Assembly (NCBI GenBank): GCA_022605425.2
Contig: CM061246.1
Location: 1,674,001-1,738,000, forward strand
Origin: Hamiltosporidium tvaerminnensis FI-OER-3-3
Taxonomy: Eukaryota > Fungi > Microsporidia
Reading direction: 5' to 3'
Length of the DNA: 64,000 bases
Shown here: one piece after another, positions 12,801 to 23,756 of the stretch
Numbering within the stretch: the first letter of the stretch is position 1
Layout of the letters: each line of letters starts with the position of its first letter
Translations under genes and position numbers: made by a program
The notes under the pieces: model-generated
The model's input: the letters and a program-made list of their open reading frames with translations, nothing else
The model's database searches: none
What the model was told of the DNA's origin: nothing

Positions 12801-14158
12801 TCATCTGTATCAAGAATATTTTTCAGTTGAATAATATTATATGAAAGAATAAAATATTCATATTTTTCTAAATAATTTTGAAATTCTAGATTTCCATAAA
12901 TTTTTAAAAAATCTAAAAAGCCAAAATAACTCAATTTATCTTTTAAAATAATATTTTTACTGTTTTCTTTACAATTTAAATTTTCAGAACCAAAAATAAA
13001 ACAAATAATACATTCATTTGATGATTCAGTAATTGAATTAAATCTATCTTTAAATTTGTTTTCAGAATAGAAATTATGTTTAGAACAATATTGTTGGCTG
13101 ATTTGTGTTTTGTATATAAATACACCGTAAAATAAAAGCGAAATTGTTTCCTGGAGCAAATATAATTGTTTCTTTTCTTTTTTTAGGCATGCTCGATTAT
13201 CAAGATAAAGAAAAAAATCTTGAATTTCAAAATATACATTATCAGATTTTATTTGACTTGAAAAAGAATCAAAAAGTTCTATAAATTTAGTTAAAAGCTT
13301 AAAAGAACTAGTATTTCGATATCTAAAAATGAATGGTATAAATGTTTTGAAAATTTTTAGCTGATAATAAAAATCATTTTTACATTTTTTGAAAAAATTA
13401 GATTCTATTTTCAAAGAAATAAAAATTTCAATAAAATAATCAACAAATATGTTCATAACAGAAAATGAAAAATCTTTTTTAAAAATATGAATTTTCTTAA
13501 TAAATTTATAAAGAATTTTAAAATTTGTAATTCTTAAATTTGTTAGAATTTTTAAGATTAATAATATTTCAAAGTCTTCTTTTGTATTAAATATTGAATA
13601 ATTTATGATTTCAAATATATTTTGTATATTCTCTTGTATTAAATTTATAGACAATTGGCTAGGTATGTTATTTAAATTCAAATGACAAGTATTAAAACTT
13701 TTTAGATATTTTTGCAAATCAGAAATAATTTTTTCGCAATTTTCCAAATCTATCAACTTTAATAAAACATTCATTGTTTCTAATTCTATAAATCTTTCCT
13801 TTAAATTTTTTAATATTTTTACTATTTGAGTAAAAAATGTTTCTTTATTTTCGTTAAAAACTTCTATAAATATATAAATAACTTTTATAAAGCTTTCTAT
13901 AGTTTCTAGAGTCAATAAATTTTGTTCTTTAATAAAATAAATAAATATTTTGATACAATCATCTATTATTTCGATTTTTACGATATCTTGATCTAAACCA
14001 TTTATTAAATAAATATAATCTATAATTGTGTTAAATACACCGGAAAGGGTTTGATATGTGCTTTCGTGTGAATATATAGATTTTTTAAAATCATTCCAAC
14101 ATTTTTTTACATTCTTATTGGATTTGTTTGATTTGTTCAATTTGTTTGATGGTGCCAT
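6803..14158 (-). CDS. TEL1: PIKK-family Ser/Thr kinase, ATM/Tel1-like (2451 aa)
   Basis: GINNPILIENRGSDGK, KGKDELRQD, LGLGDRHCHN, PETVPFRMTR, and a FATC ending LFPGWQPWV resembling the ATM C-terminus. The DFG-equivalent reads DLN. Confidence 0.88.
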   Translation of the reverse strand: MAPSNKLNKSNKSNKNVKKCWNDFKKSIYSHESTYQTLSGVFNTIIDYIYLINGLDQDIVKIEIIDDCIKIFIYFIKEQNLLTLETIESFIKVIYIFIEVFNENKETFFTQIVKILKNLKERFIELETMNVLLKLIDLENCEKIISDLQKYLKSFNTCHLNLNNIPSQLSINLIQENIQNIFEIINYSIFNTKEDFEILLILKILTNLRITNFKILYKFIKKIHIFKKDFSFSVMNIFVDYFIEIFISLKIESNFFKKCKNDFYYQLKIFKTFIPFIFRYRNTSSFKLLTKFIELFDSFSSQIKSDNVYFEIQDFFLYLDNRACLKKEKKQLYLLQETISLLFYGVFIYKTQISQQYCSKHNFYSENKFKDRFNSITESSNECIICFIFGSENLNCKENSKNIILKDKLSYFGFLDFLKIYGNLEFQNYLEKYEYFILSYNIIQLKNILDTDEFIKILYTDFKSEYKGLLVFIYFKIFPYKLKYLEMKDIEFLKRYIKNFVAYFSEKLTSLYLIINFYNLFDNKYEIESILSSVSFQKNINFIVLFIFIQIRFKSIDEKFIKNMYNLSEFLKENRLYFTKFIQQFNLPILFNYSYWGFYYDFQKYFRKSNFFSLIENVLLTYENNFSSFNNSSDVSNEKNISLIDNSDIKSDIHSLGFKENTQKPSPCFVLFNEDTEELKKLLNFILFQNYTVNIYLNINSQIKFTNLFKAPKTNVLFITETRKTFILEANEDLKKFLDFKIDSFEFKDKDIIVLKNFILLNLSHFNYNNLENLVKICLKICENKHDYSVDEYDSSISILKNIVSNFEETYFSEEMNSKEFNEKRNLISDILLYLRIKKIYKIRKDYKPKEIIFKDPILPNDNKTNLSSEIEKNILPENLINELLNTSFNFESDFSNDTHIFEILEKIIENITHLGDISSFKKLFQFINLFPNQNFIAEIMLLLLEQNHCNIFTLIYSAELYIYNLNIIPFEKNTKLSLYYSKRYEYFKKAKIYDFLKLTENNLKIYDENDPGMIKYFLLYFIYKQNTCLGIFKKYFFENILNILKLEIEFENDFIVVTSLFIFRNYLKITDNESYSEFIEVFGIEMSEKYKYIEIFLSKKEKILNSENIYEDENSMNEHIYDLNKSNNEIQKSHEECSFDISKFGHMGKNNPKKDSEPVFDISTHKSGTTNINRENESDLSLFRFFSERIKNLDSNNSKISYFIKKFRKDSFYNIFLEKYYSYERIEDLLNDFFNLKTYFSDISTLFKMKLIHLKDIDKKTFFLSEFDNTVDEMYNLNIISLEIINILKEKTFNLKNGHDLRNINYFEFLKIFCSEDIIFLLIFIFNELIDTNQEIIVPILKNGKLKFHRFYIWNRKYYKVLLNPFITHEILLFYINSEKENRNYEEEIEKEKIDFSECNSESYNFIDYNFNIALQKPSVYDVSQNNDFMTQNEKIFFDNLDSFTKSLEKWNDFDFYSERNTFKRSKKFMESDFYSRSNLYDKINVLKFINSENSDIQSNYLKNILDSLKNIEDKVKILTKNRNICNFKIHQNSFTEDSNNNNLFSDSKLIKEQNNNLYKNCIFIDKFQVQNENIFSSNISIKNENMNYLSPEHFNSKFKNIISTLSDSFTDYFNEIEKTFCKIEKEDSIKLLMTRDETFNFLKSFLFYNLNMFDESKKYLNEVIKNTDFNHHIFYIANTNLADMKIKTYEGKPIEIITQYLIPCLKNLNIIENEMVVPFKSNINKSKTGKLFVPNEKTTNIFTVSENKDDINFNPIYFAKDSFFEFKILVLEKIGNILYEIYEGFLNSLSLNTNLENKNTKIEKSKMNLLSDYTAEIAFQKEIKENRNELFLKSYHLLLRIYSELSLISDKDSFIFKLLSIIFDFNGKNSKILEDIPSYKFLPAKYQLISKYFNSDSEYLKKTIYRLCNDHFIHVVFEVLCSIKNKMDIKNMDTLKSKEKGTYERFTSSSEHFNLFKNNIKNVKNIERMIESYKCIYRNEKNFNEDIPFKEIPIPSINFKISKNSEYKNLVFFEEFILSVKKLPGINNPILIENRGSDGKIYKEIIKGKDELRQDIIALQMFSQMNKVFENKNILKIRTYKVVRFEKFFGIVQYLSNTITLGELIDNLHKKKYPEKYDLKKCRNIFNSVVLHSLDSKISTFKEISDNFIPVFNNFFLNFNNPFIYFRMKRKYVQSLGISSISTYILGLGDRHCHNLLIDTYTGEIINIDLNLLFDQARLLKTPETVPFRMTRNLIDALMCKISLNTFKTDSFKNENYFSNSSISKENEVEKIKRSKLQETERKTLNHKSNDDDSLENEVEKIKRSKLQETGSKTLNYKSNDNDSLENENKLYILREINTRNIYLREIMTQTLKQLKKEKSIILSLMTIFRSDPLHRWILCDKKIGNIGKKSDIKLFTDAEKIIFRMKEKLSGIESGFCFSEDSHVCFLLEKATSIENLVKLFPGWQPWV
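7169..7358. repeat. 90-bp in-frame tandem duplication within the kinase domain
   Basis: Units start at 7169 and 7259 (ttcattttctaaagaatca), partial third at 7349; encodes ENEVEKIKRSKLQET..KTLN.KSND.DSL twice. Confidence 0.95.
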
Positions 14159-15250
14159 CGGTTTTATGCAATTTGATTTATTAAATAGTTTTTAATTTTA
14201 TGCATAATTAATGGGTAGAAAGAAAAAATTTGACAGCAAAAATGAAACCAACAAAATAAAAAAATACAGAAAGTGTTTAAAAAAGGAAAAAATGTTTATT
14301 TCATTTGTAAAATTTTAGAGAGAATCTGTGTTAAGTGATTACTGCTTTACAAATTTATCTTTAAGTAATACTTTGTGAGCTTGCGTAGCATGTTTGCTTG
14401 ATACTATACCTCGTATTATTGCATCATTTCTTGCTTTTAGACTATAGAGTAGCATTGTAAACCCGAATACTATTGAATTTATAAAAGTAGTCAGGCTGAT
14501 AGTTTTGCTTAATGCTAAACACTGCCGATAGCTTAAATCATAAACCTTTTATAATTAAACCTATAAGGGTACAAATTAATTAGAGAAGTGGCCTCGGAAT
14601 GGCTGAAAAATGATCTATTAGTATTAAAAATAGAAAATTTTTTTGTACCGTAACTCTCGATGTGTGGCAAAATTTAATAAAGTCGTGAGTTTTAGAAAGC
14701 AATAATAGAATAGAAGTCGATGTAGAAACGCCATATATCTCAAACCATATACTTAGACCGAACTCGCTCAAAAGTAATCCTGAAAGATGAGTATTTGAAT
14801 AAAGTTAAAGAAACACCAAAAAAAGAAATTTCAAAATTAGAGATGGAAGTGAAGCATTAAAGTGATATAGATGATAATAAAATTAATGAGCGAATTGGTT
14901 AAATAGTTTTTTAATATACGTAAAATTAAATATGTATGCCATGGATATACACAGCACATATTATCCAGAAAAGAAGCTATTTTATGACTAAAAATACGCA
15001 AAGTACAACAAAAACTCAAGCAGAGTAAATACATGAACTAGGAAATCCCCAGTTTTGAACTTACAACTGATATAAACCGAAGATTCATATATCTAATAAA
15101 CACGTCTACATAAACGAGAAAGTAAGAAGATTATTTTAGAGTTTAACTTAAACTTAAGTCTAGAAAATATTTTTTTGAGGTGCAATTTGAAAAAAGCGAG
15201 CCTTGGAATTTTTACAAGAAAAAGACAAAGTATGAATAAAGAAGAAAATT

Positions 15251-15975
15251 ACTGTATTTAAAAGTATCACATCTTTTTAGAATAGTGGCAAGTGTTATAT
15301 TTGTTTTCGTGACATTAACGCAGTTCTAAGTTTAACACAAATGACTACTGCCCCAACACTCCATCGGTAACCCCTGCGATACCTAAGTCCCATAGCCTTT
15401 CATTTACCAGGTGTGTAGAACCCAATTAATAGGCGAGGAAGTTGCCCGGAGTCCTTAATGTCCGTTGCATGGAGTGTGATCGAAGGCCGAAGCTCTCGAG
15501 ATCCTCCAAGACTAAGCAGCATTCCCACTTTCTCTACACTTTCTGAACCCAATAAACTTCTAGCTAAGATATATTTCAGAGATTTACATAGTGTCCACCT
15601 AGACAGTGCAATGTCATACCAACAGGTATAACCTGCTACTTAGCTTTCCTGGCTTTAAATGGTTTTTTGTTTTATATCTCTTAGACGCTAAGTCTTCTAA
15701 CCCGAGTGAGCAAGGCTAGGTTTCCATGCTTTTACATGGTAATTACCTACAAGTCTAGCTGCAGTCTGCAATCTGGTTACATAAAAAACTACAAATAAAT
15801 TTTTAGAAAAAGTTTCTCCATTTCTTAGACCTCTTCTCCTCATAACAACTCCCATGGAACAACCGAAGATGTAGTGTGGTTGTATTTCCACCAAAAATCC
15901 AAACAATGACCTCACACCAGTTTCCCACACTCATTGCCAAGCAGAAAGTTTTTATGTGGTTATCCTCCTTCCACA
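15251..15975 (-). mobile_element. Unclassified SINE-like element, long form (L1)
   Basis: Aligns end to end with 31737-32464; flanked by aaagaagaaaatt (15238-15250) and aaagaaggagatt (15976-15988); interrupts the RLE LINE. Confidence 0.85.
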
Positions 15976-17305
15976 AAAGAAGGAGATTAAAAAGAAAATT
16001 TTATATTTTAGGTATTATAAGAGTGAGATGATTATAAGCTATCTGTACGGATGAAATCAAGATTATAATTGAGATTGTGAAAATAAAAGTTTTTAGTCAC
16101 AGTATGGAACAAAAATGATGACACTGTCACGTATAATTATTATATTAAACCCTGCCAATCGAACACTCATACTACATTTTCCTTCCTAAGATCATTTTAG
16201 AAGATTATAAGTTTGGTTTCTAAATATAAAACCGAAGAAAACCAGAATTTTAATTTCCTATAAGAAACATATAGATTTGAATAATATCTTAACAATATTT
16301 TCAAATTCATATTTTTAAGCGAAATGTTTGAAGCTGACTGGTTTTGTTATGAAATTATACATCTATTAAATATAAATATACCACCAGTTATCCCAAACTA
16401 TAGACAAGCTATTTGTATGTAATACTAGCATGGGCGACAAAAATTGTAAAAAAAGTCGGTAATTTTGAAGTGAAAGATATAGACTTCGGTTTTATAACCT
16501 ATTAGGAACATTAAAATGTTCACCAAGCCGAAAAACAGCCTAATTATGTATTCCCCTCATAAGGAGTATAGAAAAACTCAAATTCATATTAAATCTATGT
16601 TATGCCAGCAGTTTGATAACCCATTTAATTATGAATACCGTAAAACTTTGATTTAAACTAAGCTAATGATGATTTTCTCAAAGTAAATACATAAAAAAAC
16701 AAAGAATTTACAATCGATAAGATATGTATAAATTATCAAACGATGGATTAAACTAGACTATTTCAATGAGATGGTCTGATATATTTTTTTTCATTTTGTA
16801 TTAATTTTTTGAGCCGAAAATTCAATAAAAACTACTTAAAACCTACGTTACGCATGTATGCATTTTTTGTATTTCAGCGGTCACTTGTTTTTTGTGGATA
16901 CTAAATTTCTTGTGATTTAGAGGCAACATTGGAATTTTGCCATATAGTGAAAGTAAGTTGAAAGGTATACAAATTAGAGTTCATAGGAAGATTTACCCAA
17001 AAAAATATTCAGTAGCAGGATTACTACTTTTTTATATAGATGATATAGTTTTTAAGTGTAAACTATAAAAGAATATAGCAGAGAAAACCAATAAAGCATT
17101 TAATCTGAAGAGGTTTATGCAAAACTAATGTCAAGTGTTAAAAGAATTTAAACACTAGATTGTAGGAAAAATATTAGTTCTACAAGTAATCTACATGAAA
17201 TATTGTTAATTTCTATCATATAGAACCATGGAACCTGAAATAGCAGAATTGAAAGTTGGGTGATGCAATGCATTCAGTAGTGATTAAAGAAAATATGTTA
17301 TTTAT

Positions 17306-17530
17306 CTCCCAAGAAAGTAGAGAGAAGGTAACCAGATTAAATACGTTCTGCTTAGCAATGAGTATGTACATTCGTATTAAAATCATTGATATCATTTTGC
17401 TGGAAAAATACCCCTACATGATCTATAGGACATCCCCTGTAACCTCGAGCGTAAACAGATTAAACAAAACAGATGAAACACTTTCATTTGGACACAATCG
17501 ACCTGAAATTTAAATGCGGGAGGGTCTAAG
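17306..17530 (+). mobile_element. Unclassified SINE-like element, short form (N1, 225 bp)
   Basis: Head aaggtaaccagattaaatacgttctgcttagcaatgagtatg; gatctataggacatcccctgtaacctcgag matches N2/N3; ends ctaag; weak TSD tatgttatttat/tatgcattttat; interrupts the LINE. Confidence 0.7.
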
Positions 17531-18285
17531 TATGCATTTTATTCAATATACTGAGTTTTTGCGCTTATTTAGAACAAAATTTAACAAGGTTTGCACTGTT
17601 TTAAGCTTTAGAGATAAGATAGACTTTTGAAATTCGTAAATTATCTGAAAAACGTAAGTGAAATTTTAAACAAAGCAGAATTCTAGAAACATGAAATCAT
17701 ATGACCTATCCACATTTAACAAAATTCTTTTTAGAACAATATTTAAGATAAAAAAAAATGTATTAATGAAACCTCTCAAATAGCAGATTTATATGAAGAA
17801 GAGAAGAATTTAAACTTATTTCTAAATTATTTAATACATGAAAAAATAAACGTAAAATTAATTCGAGTCTTCAGGATGGCTAAAGTCAAAAAATCAAAGT
17901 TTTATGAAACATTTTTGAAAAGCCTGGATATAAATGTTTTCCGCAAAGCAAAAGTTAATTTTATTCATTAAAATTTATCTACTAAAAGACATAGAAATTG
18001 TCAACTCCATATTAGAATCACTGATTTTTTACTGTACTTAAAGATATAAAAAAGAGGTTAGGTCTGTTTGTCCACTTACCTCAAATAAACATAGAAGTTT
18101 GTTTTGAAAATAAAGTCACGTGTGTTTAAATCTTTATAAAAAAATCCATTTAAAAATAAAATTTAACATTATAATCAAAATTTATGTTAAAAATCAAATA
18201 TTAGGCATATAAATTTGTTTTAATTATGTACCAAACCAGATTTCAGTTGTTTAGGCAAGAAACATAGCTAAAATCCTTCTCGCTT

Positions 18286-18511
18286 TCACCCTCGGCACTA
18301 ATGCTTTGGTATAGCCTTGAGCTCCCTCAGTAATGCCGCTTATCTGTCTCCTTTCAGTGGGTTCTTTTTTTTGGGTTTCGTAACAAGGTGGTTTTAAACG
18401 GTGAGTGTTAGCCGTAGGCAAACCCCTAACCTGGAAGACCAGTCCATTTTAGTCGCCTCTTATGATAAGCAGAGAATACTTCAAGCCAATTCTGCGCTCC
18501 GCATGGTGAGG
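18286..18511 (-). mobile_element. Bipartite non-autonomous RTE derivative (S1)
   Basis: Minus strand gcagaattggcttgaagtattctctgcttatcataagaggcgactaaaa...tttaaaaccaccttgttacgaaaccc matches the RTE 5' end at 44464-44590; caaggctat...tagtgccga matches the RTE tail; 11/14 TSD at 18272-18285 and 18512-18525. Confidence 0.85.
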
Positions 18512-19679
18512 AATTCATCTCACTTAGTCAACCAAAAAACCTATAAATCACGACGTTTTATCCTATAAACTGGGTGTTATTATCAGTTAATTATATACAC
18601 AATTTTCATTTGATATTCTGGGAAGTATTGCAACAAAGTATCATAAAATATATCTTGAATACTACAAACCATACGGACGGAGAGAATGTATTCACTTAAT
18701 ATTACTCAAAAAAGTCGAAATGATATCATATGACCGAGGAAAAATACTTTATTCGGGTGCAAATGGCGAAAAAGGCTGAGAATGAGCATCAATGAGTTAT
18801 ATTCGAGGATTCAAATGTATAAAAGCAAATTGTTTTGAAGAAATCCAATAAAATCAGATAGGAACAACTAAGTAAAAACAGAAGTAACAACTCCATATTT
18901 TTGATAAAGTAATCACAAAAAAAATATAAAGAATCAGATTTAGAAGGTGAAACTTAATTATTTACAGTGATGGAAGAAATATATGAAAGAGTTAAATGTT
19001 TTTAAAATTAAAAGTCTAGAATATTTTTTTCAAAAAAAGTAATTTAATTTAGTAAGTTTTCCATTTTATTTTTTATTAGTTCAATAAAACCACAATTCTA
19101 AGTTCACTTAAAAATTTGTAATTATAAATTCTTATAATATCCCCTCAATTGGTAATCAAGTCATTTCTACACAGATTTGTTGGTGTTTTTAAAACCAATC
19201 TTGTGGCAGTGACCAGATTACTTATTTTATAGACTTATCTATTTTGGTTAATGTTTTAAGTAAAATTGTGTCTTGGCGAGTAATTTCCTCAAATACTATT
19301 ACTTTTTTTATTATTCTTTTCTTTCGTACATTTGACACCTTTTAGATACTCCGAATCAATGCTTTAAATGTGGTAATTTTAGCAATTTATGCAATATTTA
19401 TTTCGGTGTCCGTAAGCTTAATACATTCTCGCTTGTTTGGGACAAAACTTGAATTAAAGTGTTGTATGTATAGATGCTTTGTCAACATATATTACATACT
19501 AGCCTTTGGTGTTCCTACACTCTTCTGTTCTTGGTTAGGACTTAAATGCTCTTTTTAAATAATAAAAAAACAATTTAAATGATCTGTTAAATGTAATTTG
19601 TTCTGATTAATATGCCTCTATATTTATCAATATAAAAATTTACATAGATTATATTAAAATATTTTTGAGATAAAGTTGC

Positions 19680-20160
19680 TGAGAAGAGGAAAGTTTATAA
19701 AAAGCTTTCTGCTTGACAATGAGTATGTGAGATCGGTTTTTAAATTATTGATTATATTTTAGGAGGAACCAAAACTAATCAAATTTATTGTTTTTCCGTT
19801 AAATTTTTCTATCGAGGAAAGATTCTAAGAAATGATGAAAATATTACTGGAAAGTTAGTTTGTAGTTTTTTAGCAACTAGTTTGAAAACCGTTGCCAAAT
19901 TATAGTTTTATCACCATGCACAGGCATTTAAACCCGATTTTCATTTCATATTAGAATACTCGGTATCTATGAAAATGCTAAAATTATATTCTTTAAAAAG
20001 TCAGGTATTTGAAGGAAAAGACTATGCCTGCTGATATTATATTGCAACGTCAATGCGAAATTATGTAGTCGCCAAAATGTATCCCAAGTCGAATCAATTG
20101 ATTTCTTTTAAGTTTAAAGAGTTAAGACCCTGCTGATTTTTTGGAAAGCCAAGGGTGAGC
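19680..20160 (+). mobile_element. Unclassified SINE-like element, diverged partial long form (L3)
   Basis: ctttctgcttgacaatgagtatgtg head; ctaagaaatgatgaaa, tttgtagtttttt and accatgcacaggcat are collinear with L2; ends at S2. Confidence 0.7.
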
Positions 20161-20395
20161 TTTTTTCACCATGCCGGCGCAGGATTGGCTTATAATATCC
20201 TCTGCTTGTCGTAAGACCCGAATAAAAGGAACTAAAATTCTAATCTGGAGGTGTACGTAGGCCTTGCAACCATTCCTTTAAAACCACCATATTGCGAAAC
20301 CCGAAGAAGTAAACAAACGCACAGAAAAAATACCGAGAAGATATAACCAAGGGTGGTCAAGGCTCGTACAGGGCTGTAGTGCCGATGATTATTGT
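20161..20395 (+). mobile_element. Bipartite non-autonomous RTE derivative (S2)
   Basis: cctctgcttgtcgtaagacccgaataaaaggaac and cctttaaaaccacc (RTE 5' UTR), then caaggctcgtacagggctgtagtgccga, matching the RTE 3' end at 47481-47508. No clear TSD. Confidence 0.85.
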
Positions 20396-20589
20396 GATAA
20401 AAATTTTTTTGTTTCGTTTCGGAGTCGAAATATTCTTGGGCATAGAAGAAATATAGCAATATTGTGTAAAAACTAAACTTCCGAGAAGTTATTGTTTAAA
20501 TAAAGAAAAAAATGTCGGAAATCGCTATGCAGAAACCTCGATAAAGTCCCTCGAAACGGAGTAATTTAACTAAAATAAATATAACTTTT

Positions 20590-21000
20590 AACTTTCTAAG
20601 TGTTAAGAGTCACTTAACTCAAGAAATACGCGAAAAAAATTTGCGCAAACGAGTTTTAACACCAAGAATGTAAATTTTGGCACTTTATAATGTAGCGAAG
20701 AATTTTGAATTGACTAAAAAATCAAAAAGGATCACATTTACTCTGTTCGCATTACTTAACAAAAATAAGTCGGAATTGTTGAAACAGAATTACAAAAAAA
20801 TATGGCTTATTCATAAATTGTTTATACCTTTTATATGGCGTAGTGATAATTCCACCTGAGCCGTTGTGATAGTATCTCACTAGATATTATATAAAGTACT
20901 TTGATTTTTGAAATAATAGTGAGAAAGCAGGAATAATTCAGTCAGTGGTTCTAAAAAAAAACAGTTTACTCATTTATTACTACGAAAAAATTCAGAGTCA
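20590..21000 (+). mobile_element. Decayed RLE-domain fragment of the RLE LINE family
   Basis: Remnant peptides VKSHLTQEI, KKSKRIT, VETE, IQSVVLKK in the same order as in the 52.3 and 53.4 kb copies. Confidence 0.6.
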
Positions 21001-21953
21001 TGGGTATATGCTGATGAAAGACATGAAAATATGCAATAAATAAGCCGAAATAAACTAAAACTATATTTTATTACAAACACTTACCAATAATAAATAAGAT
21101 GTTCTGGAAAGAAACACCAAAACCGATATATCATAGTTAAATTTGAAACATAATTTAAATATGAAAGAAAGTCTAAATAATACAGGAAATATAATAGGAC
21201 GGCGTAAGTAAATAAAAGTCTGAAAAACATTACAATATTAAACAGATTTAATTTTTATTTTAGTGATTTAAAAATATATAAACAGATTTTAGCAAGCTTA
21301 AATATATCATAGGAAGAGCTTATTTATTTGTGTTTTGCAAAGAAAATTCAGTAGCATTTAGCTTAGAGAATTAACTATTCGACGAAATTCTCGCCTGTGT
21401 AACATTTTAATAATTTTAATTTTAATTAATACAAAAATCCACTCAAACTTCCTCTATAACTGTTAGATTTGGCAATTTATTTCGATCGAGCTTCAAGTGC
21501 CGAATAATCAGTATTTCACTTTTTATACTGGTCTTTTATTCTTACAAATTTAGCTTCTATAATCGAATCGAATCATTAGAACACATATATTTCAAATTAA
21601 ATAAGAAGGATAATCATATTGCACACACTTAAAAAAAATAATAATTATCTTCTCCATTATATTTTGATTTGTATTTTTATTTGGAAAAGTTCACAAGATA
21701 ATCCTTCATACTTTACTCGCAGATGAAGTGAAACGCTTATAAACTTTTAAAAATCTTTTCAATATAAAATTAGGATTACATATCATATTTTATTAGCTCA
21801 CATAATATATTAGTAAAGATGTTGCAGATAATTTGAATGGAAAAAAGTAGTCAGAAGAAATTTTTAATAGCATCAATTTCGGTTTTTAATAATATAAGGG
21901 ATCCTAAATAATATTTAAAGAACACGCATATAAACATATATACGTATATATAA

Positions 21954-23756
21954 CTAAACCCCTGCACTTGTTTGTTTAAAATAAAAATAATTTAACCTCC
22001 AAATCATTTTTCTTGTTATGATATCTTTAAATCGTCTAGAAGTAAGACTTGGGTTCATAAAAACTTTAGAAATATAATGTAAAAAAAGATTGCATGTTTT
22101 TATAAATTGTATATAATCAACATATTCAGGTAATTTATCATATGAAATCATTTTTTCTAAATTATTTATATTTTCAAATATCCATTTTTTGAGATTATTA
22201 TTGGAAATTCTTGTATCTTTTGCAAAATAATTCAAAGTGATTTCATCACAAAGTATTCTTTTATATGTTAAAGTAAGATCATAAAAAAGATGTTGTATAC
22301 CTTTATTGCTCTTATAAGACTCGACAGTAATTTGAGTTCGTATATATCTTTTGATGTCAATATCTTTATTCTCAGGTTTTTGCTTTAAAGAATCATAGTT
22401 AGAAACCATTGAAGCTAGAAGAATCATACTTTCGGTCGGTAACAAAACAAATACATCAAATAACATGCCCGGCATTCCTGAACAAATATACTCAGGCGAA
22501 AAAACTCTATCACAATGAGAATATAAAAAATATACCTTTGAAATGCTCTCAAATATTGTATATATACTTTCTTTTCCAAGTGTTATACAAATATTTTTTA
22601 GCATCCTCGATATCAAACTAAATGAATACGAAATATTGCTTTGATTTTTAAGAAATATGTATGAGAATTCATTTTGTCCATTTCCTTCATAATCTACAAA
22701 TATGAACGGCTTCAAAACATCATAATTATACTCCATAATTGCTTTTATAACCTTCAAACACCATGGAATATATAAGACATTATTTACAAGATTTAAATCA
22801 TTACATAGCGTATTTTTAATCCATATTGGTAAAATCAAAAATATTGGTTTTAAATATATCATAGGCATTCCTCTTGTTTTAAAAAGTATCATAATATTAT
22901 TCTTAAATCTTTCTAACAATTCGCTTGAAATATTTCCCTTTAATTTACGACTATGAAAGAGCTTATTTACAGATAATTTTATGTTTTCAGTCAAATCAAA
23001 AACATCATTAATATGACAAATTATGTCTTTCAAGAAAATATCGTAATCATTCTCTAATAAAGGAAAAAAATATTCTAATTCGTAAATTTCATCTTTTGAA
23101 CAAACACGTTGTAAAATTTCGAATACAGCATACTGATTCGTTTTACAGATACAGGCGTCATAAGCATTAACAACTTCGTATTCTAATCTTGAAGCAATAT
23201 GATGTAATTTATAATTTCTGGCCAATAATTTTCGACACAAATCAGATTTATCTTTGGGCAGGTGGATGTCCTTTGCTTTTTGCGGTTTGTATGAATCTCT
23301 TGAGACGTCGAAAGATGTAGTTCCATGATCAAAACATGCATAATTATATGCTTCGTTCCCTAACCTGGTATCATATTGAACAGCTGGGACATGTATAATA
23401 TTTGTTGGTTGTGTTTTGTCCAATAAAATATATCCAGCTATGCCAAATTCAGGATTATTACATAATAGCGCAGCATTGTAATAACACATTTGCGGCACAG
23501 GATAAAAATACATCGTATTTTTGTCAGGCTGTAAATGTTCGGGTTGAGGAAGTGTGTTCTGAATGTTGTAACCATAATATTGCGAGTTATATGGAGTAGT
23601 GTAGCACTCATTTGATATAGGTGAGGATTCTTGTCGAGGACTTTGCTTCTCATCTAGCTGTTCATCAGTGCTCCGTATCGTTGTGGCGCTATTTATATTT
23701 GAAGATCTAATCATATCTATAATTACCATACTTCTAATGTAATTTAAGCAAATCAT
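21954..23756 (-). CDS. Hypothetical protein, possibly secreted (600 aa)
   Basis: Intact ORF; ttacccaATG context; short hydrophobic N-terminus, then a Q/P/Y/S-rich region and a helical-looking body. Confidence 0.8.
   Translation of the reverse strand: MICLNYIRSMVIIDMIRSSNINSATTIRSTDEQLDEKQSPRQESSPISNECYTTPYNSQYYGYNIQNTLPQPEHLQPDKNTMYFYPVPQMCYYNAALLCNNPEFGIAGYILLDKTQPTNIIHVPAVQYDTRLGNEAYNYACFDHGTTSFDVSRDSYKPQKAKDIHLPKDKSDLCRKLLARNYKLHHIASRLEYEVVNAYDACICKTNQYAVFEILQRVCSKDEIYELEYFFPLLENDYDIFLKDIICHINDVFDLTENIKLSVNKLFHSRKLKGNISSELLERFKNNIMILFKTRGMPMIYLKPIFLILPIWIKNTLCNDLNLVNNVLYIPWCLKVIKAIMEYNYDVLKPFIFVDYEGNGQNEFSYIFLKNQSNISYSFSLISRMLKNICITLGKESIYTIFESISKVYFLYSHCDRVFSPEYICSGMPGMLFDVFVLLPTESMILLASMVSNYDSLKQKPENKDIDIKRYIRTQITVESYKSNKGIQHLFYDLTLTYKRILCDEITLNYFAKDTRISNNNLKKWIFENINNLEKMISYDKLPEYVDYIQFIKTCNLFLHYISKVFMNPSLTSRRFKDIITRKMIWRLNYFYFKQTSAGV

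Larger units (their letters stand above)
14500..19050 (+). mobile_element. Old, near full-length decayed RLE-type non-LTR retrotransposon interrupted by three SINE-like insertions
   Basis: Collinear matches to the 53-56.7 kb element: ggaacaaaaatgatgacactgtcacgta (~16105), GDAMHSVVIK (~17260), SSGWLKS (~17870), HDVLSYKLGVI / IATKYHKIYL / LLKKVEMISYDR (18550-18740). Confidence 0.75.

Noticed and set aside
15282-15340. tRNA-like A/B boxes (tagtggcaagtg…ttctaagtttaa) implying the opposite orientation for the long form
   Set aside because: Poor B box and no cloverleaf; the TAAG tail of the short form places the shared head at the 5' end.
15697-15930. 77-aa ORF (and paralogue 31782-32015) as a host gene
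   Set aside because: Non-ATG start, lies inside a TSD-flanked repeat, and is broken in the diverged copies; treated as part of the element.
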